From the NCBI RefSeq assembly GCF_003790525.1, contig NZ_CP033635.1: DNA of 64,000 nucleotides; one strand, given 5' to 3'. Source of the DNA: Escherichia coli. Its GTDB lineage: Bacteria; Pseudomonadota; Gammaproteobacteria; Enterobacterales; Enterobacteriaceae. The translations under genes were made by a program, and so were the position numbers. The notes under the pieces were generated by a model that was given only the letters and a program-made list of their open reading frames with translations, was not told where the DNA came from and did not search any database. Positions 57,673-64,000 of the stretch are shown in pieces; position 1 is the stretch's first letter; each line of letters begins with the position of its first letter.

Positions 57673-58215
57673 ATGAAAAAGAACACAATATTTCAAGTCG
57701 TTATCTTATCATTCACTTTGCTTTATATGCATGTCGGGATAGCTGGACCTGAACAAGTCAGTATGCATATTTATGGTAATGTGGTCGATCAGGGCTGTGA
57801 TGTTGCCACCAAAAGTGCATTACAAAATATTCATATTGGTGATTTTAATATCAGTGATTTTCAGACCGCGAATACCGTAAGCACTGCTGCTGATTTGAAT
57901 ATCGATATCACCGGTTGTGCCGCTGGTATTACTGGCGCGGACGTCCTTTTTAGCGGCGAGGCTGACACCCTTGTGCCGACACTGCTCAAATTAACTGACA
58001 CAGGCGGAAGCGGTGGTATGGCAACGGGGATTGCTGTGCAAATTCTTGATGCGCAAAGTCAGCAAGAAATCCCGCTCAATCAGGTCCTACCTCTTACGCC
58101 CTTAAAAGCCGGGGATAACACACTCAAATATCAACTTCGTTATAAGTCCACAAAGGCGGGAGCAACGGGCGGTAATGCGACGGCGGTTCTCTATTTTGAT
58201 CTGGTTTACCAGTGA
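57673..58215 (+). CDS. ycbU: Fimbrial-like minor subunit YcbU
   Basis: 180-aa ORF with signal peptide and pilin-like C-terminal strand (LYFDLVYQ). Confidence 0.87.
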   Translation: MKKNTIFQVVILSFTLLYMHVGIAGPEQVSMHIYGNVVDQGCDVATKSALQNIHIGDFNISDFQTANTVSTAADLNIDITGCAAGITGADVLFSGEADTLVPTLLKLTDTGGSGGMATGIAVQILDAQSQQEIPLNQVLPLTPLKAGDNTLKYQLRYKSTKAGATGGNATAVLYFDLVYQ

Positions 58216-58222
58216 AGGAGTG

Positions 58223-58738
58223 ATGTTGAAACAGATAATCTGGATTCTGTTCTTACTGGGATTAACGGGGGGCTGTGAGCTATTTGCCCATGATGGCACG
58301 GTCAACATTAGCGGATCGTTTCGCCGTAATACATGCGTGCTGGCACAGGATAGCAAGCAAATCAATGTGCAGTTAGGCGACGTCTCGCTGACACGTTTTT
58401 CTCATGGGAATTATGGCCCGGAGAAATCGTTCATCATTAATTTGCAGGATTGCGGAACAGATGTCAGCACGGTTGACGTCACCTTTTCAGGAACCCCCGA
58501 CGGAGTACAGAGCGAAATGCTGTCCATTGAAAGTGGTACGGATGCAGCCAGTGGGCTGGCAATTGCAATTCTGGATGATGCGAAGATATTGATTCCGCTT
58601 AACCAGGCGAGTAAAGACTACAGCCTACATAGCGGTAAGGTGCCATTAACTTTTTACGCGCAATTGCGACCTGTCAATAGCGATGTGCAGTCGGGTAAAG
58701 TGAATGCCAGCGCGACATTTGTACTTCATTATGACTAA
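58223..58738 (+). CDS. ycbV: Fimbrial-like minor subunit YcbV
   Basis: Track ORF 58175..58738; start trimmed to MLKQIIWILFLLGLTGGCELFA, 171 aa; C-terminal FVLHYD. Confidence 0.87.
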   Translation: MLKQIIWILFLLGLTGGCELFAHDGTVNISGSFRRNTCVLAQDSKQINVQLGDVSLTRFSHGNYGPEKSFIINLQDCGTDVSTVDVTFSGTPDGVQSEMLSIESGTDAASGLAIAILDDAKILIPLNQASKDYSLHSGKVPLTFYAQLRPVNSDVQSGKVNASATFVLHYD

Positions 58739-59441
58739 TACGTGGAACAGATTGGCGCTCTTGATTTTCGCCGTTTTATCGCTGCTGGTGGCGAGTGAAT
58801 TGCAGGCAGGAGTGGTGGTCGGCGGAACGCGATTTATCTTTCCGGCAGACAGAGATTCGATATCTATTTTATTGACTAATACCAGTCAGGAATCCTGGCT
58901 TATTAACAGTAAAATCAATCGCCCAACGCGTTGGGCTGGGGGTGAAGCGTCGACAGTACCAGCACCATTACTGGCCGCTCCGCCACTTATTCTCCTGAAG
59001 CCCGGTACTACAGGCACATTGCGCTTGCTGAGAACGGAAAGCGACATCTTGCCCGTGGATCGCGAAACGCTATTTGAGTTAAGCATTGCCAGCGTGCCAT
59101 CCGGCAAAGTTGAAAATCAGAGCGTAAAAGTGGCGATGCGCTCGGTATTTAAACTGTTCTGGCGACCCGAAGGTTTGCCGGGCGACCCGCTGGAAGCTTA
59201 TCAACAATTACGCTGGACACGGAATTCGCAGGGTGTACAACTCACTAACCCAACGCCTTACTACATTAACCTGATTCAGGTGAGCGTAAATGGTAAAGCG
59301 TTAAGTAATGCGGGAGTTGTGCCACCTAAAAGCCAGCGTCAGACAAGCTGGTGTCAGGCTATAACACCGTGTCATGTCTCCTGGCGGACGATAAATGATT
59401 ACGGCGGGTTGAGTGCAAAGAAGGAGCAAAATCTGCCCTGA
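58731..59441 (+). CDS. ycbF: Second PapD-like fimbrial chaperone YcbF
   Basis: Track ORF 58704..59441; start trimmed to MTNTWNRLALLIFAVLSLLVA, 236 aa. Confidence 0.87.
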   Translation: MTNTWNRLALLIFAVLSLLVASELQAGVVVGGTRFIFPADRDSISILLTNTSQESWLINSKINRPTRWAGGEASTVPAPLLAAPPLILLKPGTTGTLRLLRTESDILPVDRETLFELSIASVPSGKVENQSVKVAMRSVFKLFWRPEGLPGDPLEAYQQLRWTRNSQGVQLTNPTPYYINLIQVSVNGKALSNAGVVPPKSQRQTSWCQAITPCHVSWRTINDYGGLSAKKEQNLP

Positions 59442-59551
59442 AACAGGCTCGGAAAACGTTTGCGCTTTTTTTGCCACAGGTCAATTCCCTTTTGGTCCGA
59501 ACTCGCACATAATACGCCCCCGGTTTGCACACCGGGAATCCAGGAGAGTTC

Positions 59552-60562
59552 ATGTACTACCCCTTCGTTCGTAAAGCCCTTTTCCAGCTCGATCCAGAGC
59601 GCGCTCATGAGTTTACTTTTCAGCAATTACGCCGTATTACCGGAACGCCGTTTGAAGCACTGGTGCGGCAGAAAGTGCCTGCGAAACCTGTTAACTGCAT
59701 GGGCCTGACGTTTAAAAATCCGCTTGGTCTGGCAGCCGGTCTTGATAAAGACGGGGAGTGCATTGACGCGTTAGGCGCGATGGGTTTTGGATCTATCGAG
59801 ATCGGTACCGTCACGCCACGTCCACAGCCAGGTAATGACAAGCCGCGTCTCTTTCGTCTGGTAGATGCCGAAGGTTTGATCAACCGTATGGGCTTTAATA
59901 ATCTTGGCGTTGATAACCTCGTAGAGAACGTAAAAAAAGCCCATTATGATGGCGTCCTGGGTATTAACATCGGCAAAAATAAAGATACGCCGGTGGAGCA
60001 GGGTAAAGATGACTATCTGATTTGTATGGAAAAAATCTATGCTTATGCGGGATATATCGCCATCAATATTTCATCGCCGAATACCCCAGGACTACGCACA
60101 CTGCAATATGGCGAAGCGCTGGATGATCTCTTAACCGCGATTAAAAATAAGCAAAATGATTTGCAAGCGATGCACCATAAATATGTGCCGATCGCAGTGA
60201 AGATCGCGCCGGATCTTTCTGAAGAAGAATTGATCCAGGTTGCCGATAGTTTAGTTCGCCATAATATTGATGGCGTTATTGCAACCAATACCACGCTCGA
60301 TCGTTCTCTGGTTCAGGGAATGAAAAATTGTGATCAAACCGGTGGCTTAAGTGGTCGTCCGCTTCAGTTAAAAAGCACAGAAATTATTCGCCGCTTGTCA
60401 CAGGAATTAAACGGTCGCTTACCGATCATCGGTGTTGGCGGCATTGACTCGGTTATCGCTGCGCGTGAAAAGATTGCTGCGGGGGCCTCACTGGTGCAAA
60501 TTTATTCTGGTTTTATTTTTAAAGGTCCGCCGCTGATTAAAGAAATCGTTACCCATATCTAA
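59552..60562 (+). CDS. pyrD: Dihydroorotate dehydrogenase (quinone)
   Basis: Track ORF 59525..60562; start trimmed to [21 protein letters not shown] (336 aa). Confidence 0.96.
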   Translation: MYYPFVRKALFQLDPERAHEFTFQQLRRITGTPFEALVRQKVPAKPVNCMGLTFKNPLGLAAGLDKDGECIDALGAMGFGSIEIGTVTPRPQPGNDKPRLFRLVDAEGLINRMGFNNLGVDNLVENVKKAHYDGVLGINIGKNKDTPVEQGKDDYLICMEKIYAYAGYIAINISSPNTPGLRTLQYGEALDDLLTAIKNKQNDLQAMHHKYVPIAVKIAPDLSEEELIQVADSLVRHNIDGVIATNTTLDRSLVQGMKNCDQTGGLSGRPLQLKSTEIIRRLSQELNGRLPIIGVGGIDSVIAAREKIAAGASLVQIYSGFIFKGPPLIKEIVTHI

Positions 60563-60594
60563 TTATTTCTTCGAATTCCTCTTTATAAGATAAT

Positions 60595-60624
60595 CAGGGC
60601 TTTATTTTAAGCCCTGGTTGTTTT
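60595..60624 (+). terminator. pyrD 3-prime hairpin
   Basis: CAGGGC-TTTATTTTAA-GCCCTG followed by GTTGTTTTA. Confidence 0.5.
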
Positions 60625-60735
60625 ATATTCATCACTGTTGCTTATTTAGACATTTTGTACTTTTATTGTTGAGGTTATTAAGCGAAGCGACAATGGATTG
60701 TGTTGCTGCGGTTTTATAGGGTAGGGGAGAGGCAA

Positions 60736-61278
60736 ATGCGAATTAAACCAGACGATAACTGGCGTTGGTATTACGATGAAGAGCACGATCGAATGATGCT
60801 CGATTTAGCCAATGGTATGCTATTTCGCTCACGTTTTGCGCGCAAAATGTTGACTCCAGATGCCTTTTCTCCCGCAGGCTTTTGCGTTGACGACGCCGCG
60901 CTCTATTTCTCATTTGAAGAAAAATGCCGCGATTTTAATTTATCTAAAGAACAAAAAGCCGAACTGGTGCTTAATGCGCTGGTAGCAATTCGTTATCTCA
61001 AACCGCAAATGCCGAAAAGCTGGCATTTTGTTTCCCATGGTGAAATGTGGGTGCCCATGCCGGGCGATGCGGCCTGCGTTTGGTTGAGCGACACTCACGA
61101 GCAAGTCAATTTGCTGGTCGTTGAATCTGGCGAAAATGCCGCACTATGCCTGCTGGCACAACCCTGCGTTGTTATAGCGGGTCGCGCGATGCAGCTGGGC
61201 GACGCCATCAAAATCATGAACGACAGGCTGAAACCGCAGGTTAATGTTGACAGCTTCAGCCTCGAACAGGCAGTTTAA
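60736..61278 (+). CDS. zapC: Cell division Z-ring associated protein ZapC (YcbW)
   Basis: Track ORF 60700..61278; start trimmed to [24 protein letters not shown] (180 aa). Confidence 0.92.
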   Translation: MRIKPDDNWRWYYDEEHDRMMLDLANGMLFRSRFARKMLTPDAFSPAGFCVDDAALYFSFEEKCRDFNLSKEQKAELVLNALVAIRYLKPQMPKSWHFVSHGEMWVPMPGDAACVWLSDTHEQVNLLVVESGENAALCLLAQPCVVIAGRAMQLGDAIKIMNDRLKPQVNVDSFSLEQAV

Positions 61279-62384
61279 CGCGTCAGCTTAAGTGCAGTCT
61301 TCGGTACACAACTACAGCAAAGAATAGTGCCATCATCACCCATTGCTGATTTTTTCAGCGGCGTGACTTCGCCTTCTAAAAGCTGAACACGGCAACTTCC
61401 ACAAATGCCCGCGCGGCAAGAATAAGGGATACGAATTCCCTGATTTTCTAATTGCTCCAGCAGCACCTGTTGGTTATTTCCACGAAATGCCTGTCCCTGC
61501 CAGTCAATATCTACGTTTGCGTCCGGTTGTTGCGTGATGTTGGCAGTATCATCGGCGGCACCTGCGCCGTAAATTTTAGCTGGAGCCGTTGCCAGAATTT
61601 CCACCTCATCGCCAACGCGAATCACGCCGCTATTACGGGCAATTAAATTCTGACCAAAATCGACATCGCCGTTATCCTGGGCAGTACGGAAAGATTGCAG
61701 CGTTTTTAATGGTTCGCCTGCCGGATGTTTTTGCCCTTTTTCTGGGCTGACGGTGGTGAAAATACAGCGGCTACAAGGCTTAACCACATCAAACACGACA
61801 TCACCAATGCGAATCACTTTCCAGCTATCTTCTTCCCAGGCCGATGCACCGGAAACCACCAGATTGGGGCGGAATTGCTCCATTTTTACACTGGCCGGAC
61901 AACGTTGTTGGAGATCACGTAACGAGGCCTCGTTAGCAAGAAGGTAAGGATAACCATCAGCAAATGACAGGGGTACAGTGTTGTGGCGTTTCACGCGCCG
62001 GGTCATTTGTGGCCCCACCCAGCGTAATTGCACTTCGCGGGAGAAAAATCCACTTAGCCATTTGTTGATCGCGTCTGGCGCAATTCGCGCGGTAAAATGT
62101 GTGCCCCAAACTTCGGTTGGTGCGTCTTGTGTGGCGAAATCAGCAAAACGAACATATGCACTACTGCCATCTGGTGCGGTGAGATGCAAGCCATCATGCA
62201 CGGGTGAAGGAGTAAACCGTACCATTAGCGGAAACTGGCGAGCGGTAATAAACGTACCGTCAGGTTCCGTGATCATAAAGATGCGATCGAAGGCCAGACC
62301 ACTGACATCTGCCAGGGTATGTGTAAGACCAATGCCGCGCATCGATTTAACAGGATGAATAAAAAGCCGGGTTAATGTCGCCAC
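61275..62384 (-). CDS. ycbX: MOSC-domain protein with C-terminal 2Fe-2S ferredoxin domain
   Basis: 369-aa ORF; C-terminal cysteine cluster [11 protein letters not shown]; 3-prime end overlaps zapC by 4 nt (convergent). Confidence 0.9.
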   Translation of the reverse strand: MATLTRLFIHPVKSMRGIGLTHTLADVSGLAFDRIFMITEPDGTFITARQFPLMVRFTPSPVHDGLHLTAPDGSSAYVRFADFATQDAPTEVWGTHFTARIAPDAINKWLSGFFSREVQLRWVGPQMTRRVKRHNTVPLSFADGYPYLLANEASLRDLQQRCPASVKMEQFRPNLVVSGASAWEEDSWKVIRIGDVVFDVVKPCSRCIFTTVSPEKGQKHPAGEPLKTLQSFRTAQDNGDVDFGQNLIARNSGVIRVGDEVEILATAPAKIYGAGAADDTANITQQPDANVDIDWQGQAFRGNNQQVLLEQLENQGIRIPYSCRAGICGSCRVQLLEGEVTPLKKSAMGDDGTILCCSCVPKTALKLTR

Positions 62385-62481
62385 GGTGCGGTCCTCAAAT
62401 GAAAATAAGCCCTCAACTTTATGACATGACGCGCTTATTAGCTATAATGCGCAACAATTTTCTTAGAGTAAAAGTGACGAT

Positions 62482-64000
62482 ATGAATTCTCTGTTTGCCA
62501 GTACGGCCCGTGGGCTGGAAGAGCTGTTAAAAACTGAACTGGAAAACCTGGGGGCCGTTGAATGCCAGGTGGTTCAGGGTGGGGTCCATTTCAAGGGCGA
62601 CACACGGCTTGTTTACCAGAGCCTGATGTGGAGCCGCCTGGCCTCGCGTATTATGTTGCCGCTGGGCGAGTGTAAGGTTTACAGCGATTTAGACCTCTAT
62701 CTCGGTGTTCAGGCGATCAACTGGACAGAGATGTTTAATCCTGGCGCGACCTTCGCTGTCCACTTCAGTGGTTTGAATGACACCATACGCAACAGTCAGT
62801 ACGGTGCGATGAAAGTGAAAGACGCGATCGTCGATGCTTTCACGCGGAAAAATCTGCCGCGTCCAAATGTTGATCGCGATGCGCCGGATATCCGCGTTAA
62901 CGTCTGGCTGCATAAAGAAACTGCCAGTATCGCCCTTGATCTCAGTGGTGATGGTTTACATCTGCGTGGCTATCGCGATCGTGCTGGTATTGCGCCGATC
63001 AAAGAAACCCTGGCAGCCGCGATTGTTATGCGATCCGGCTGGCAGCCAGGAACACCGCTGCTCGATCCGATGTGTGGTTCCGGTACGTTGCTGATTGAAG
63101 CGGCGATGCTGGCGACCGATCGCGCACCAGGCTTGCACCGTGGACGTTGGGGCTTTAGCGGCTGGGCACAGCATGATGAAGCCATCTGGCAGGAAGTGAA
63201 AGCAGAAGCGCAAACTCGCGCCCGTAAAGGCCTGGCGGAGTACAGCTCCCATTTCTACGGTTCGGACAGCGACGCACGGGTGATTCAACGTGCGCGCACT
63301 AACGCCCGTCTTGCGGGGATTGGTGAACTGATCACCTTTGAGGTGAAAGATGTCGCGCAACTGGCCAATCCGCTGCCGAAAGGGCCGTACGGTACAGTGT
63401 TGAGCAACCCGCCATACGGTGAACGTCTGGACAGCGAACCGGCGCTGATTGCGCTGCATAGTCTGCTGGGCCGAATCATGAAAAACCAGTTCGGTGGCTG
63501 GAATCTCTCTTTGTTTAGTGCCTCGCCGGATCTGCTCAGCTGCCTGCAGCTGCGTGCAGACAAACAGTACAAGGCGAAAAACGGCCCGCTGGACTGCGTA
63601 CAGAAAAACTACCATGTTGCCGAAAGCACACCAGACAGCAAACCGGCGATGGCAGCGGAGGACTACGCCAACCGTCTGCGTAAGAACCTCAAAAAATTCG
63701 AGAAGTGGGCTCGTCAGGAAGGAATTGAATGTTACCGCCTGTATGACGCCGATCTGCCGGAATATAACGTTGCCGTTGACCGTTATGCCGACTGGGTGGT
63801 GGTGCAGGAGTATGCGCCGCCAAAAACTATTGATGCGCACAAAGCGCGTCAGCGTCTGTTCGATATTATCGCTGCAACCATTTCGGTACTGGGGATTGCG
63901 CCAAACAAACTGGTACTGAAAACCCGTGAACGCCAGAAGGGCAAAAATCAGTACCAGAAACTGGGCGAGAAGGGCGAGTTTCTCGAAGTCACCGAATATA
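62482..64000 (+). CDS. rlmL: 23S rRNA methyltransferase RlmKL (YcbY), C-terminal end cut by window edge
   Basis: Open frame from ATG 62482 ([28 protein letters not shown]...) running off the window with no stop; not in the track for that reason. Codon bias leaves a 294-aa antisense shadow ORF. Confidence 0.92.
   Translation, partial: MNSLFASTARGLEELLKTELENLGAVECQVVQGGVHFKGDTRLVYQSLMWSRLASRIMLPLGECKVYSDLDLYLGVQAINWTEMFNPGATFAVHFSGLNDTIRNSQYGAMKVKDAIVDAFTRKNLPRPNVDRDAPDIRVNVWLHKETASIALDLSGDGLHLRGYRDRAGIAPIKETLAAAIVMRSGWQPGTPLLDPMCGSGTLLIEAAMLATDRAPGLHRGRWGFSGWAQHDEAIWQEVKAEAQTRARKGLAEYSSHFYGSDSDARVIQRARTNARLAGIGELITFEVKDVAQLANPLPKGPYGTVLSNPPYGERLDSEPALIALHSLLGRIMKNQFGGWNLSLFSASPDLLSCLQLRADKQYKAKNGPLDCVQKNYHVAESTPDSKPAMAAEDYANRLRKNLKKFEKWARQEGIECYRLYDADLPEYNVAVDRYADWVVVQEYAPPKTIDAHKARQRLFDIIAATISVLGIAPNKLVLKTRERQKGKNQYQKLGEKGEFLEVTEY

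Overview
This 64-kb window is a contiguous stretch of conserved Escherichia coli core chromosome (the ~20-21 min region of the K-12 map), and I do not see a previously undescribed system in it. Gene order is ycaC / ycaD-ycaM / pflA-pflB-focA-ycaO (reverse) / ycaP-serC-aroA / [IS4] / ycaL-cmk-rpsA-ihfB / ycaI-msbA-lpxK-ycaQ-ycaR-kdsB-ycbJ / elyC (reverse) / cmoM-mukF-mukE-mukB / ldtD-mepK-gloC / aspC-ompF-asnS-pncB (reverse) / pepN / ssuEADCB (reverse) / elfADCG-ycbUVF / pyrD-zapC / ycbX (reverse) / rlmL. I call 53 protein-coding genes (two truncated by the window edges), all apparently intact, and found no tRNA, rRNA, CRISPR array, prophage or defence island by eye. Gene identities come from reading the six-frame translations and recognising the proteins; no search was run, so every comparison to K-12 is from memory. 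The features worth a second look are strain-level differences: (1) a complete 1426-bp IS4 with a perfect 13-bp target duplication, inserted in the aroA intrinsic terminator; (2) only ~210 bp between ycaM and pflA, where I recall K-12 carrying ycaN and ycaK; (3) an ompF allele whose differences from K-12 cluster in surface loops, including a shortened loop. Lesser items are a terminator-like hairpin far upstream of ompF, a Cys4 motif at the C-terminus of YcaP, a 15-bp perfect inverted repeat at the ycaO stop, and the cryptic seven-gene elf/ycb fimbrial cluster.
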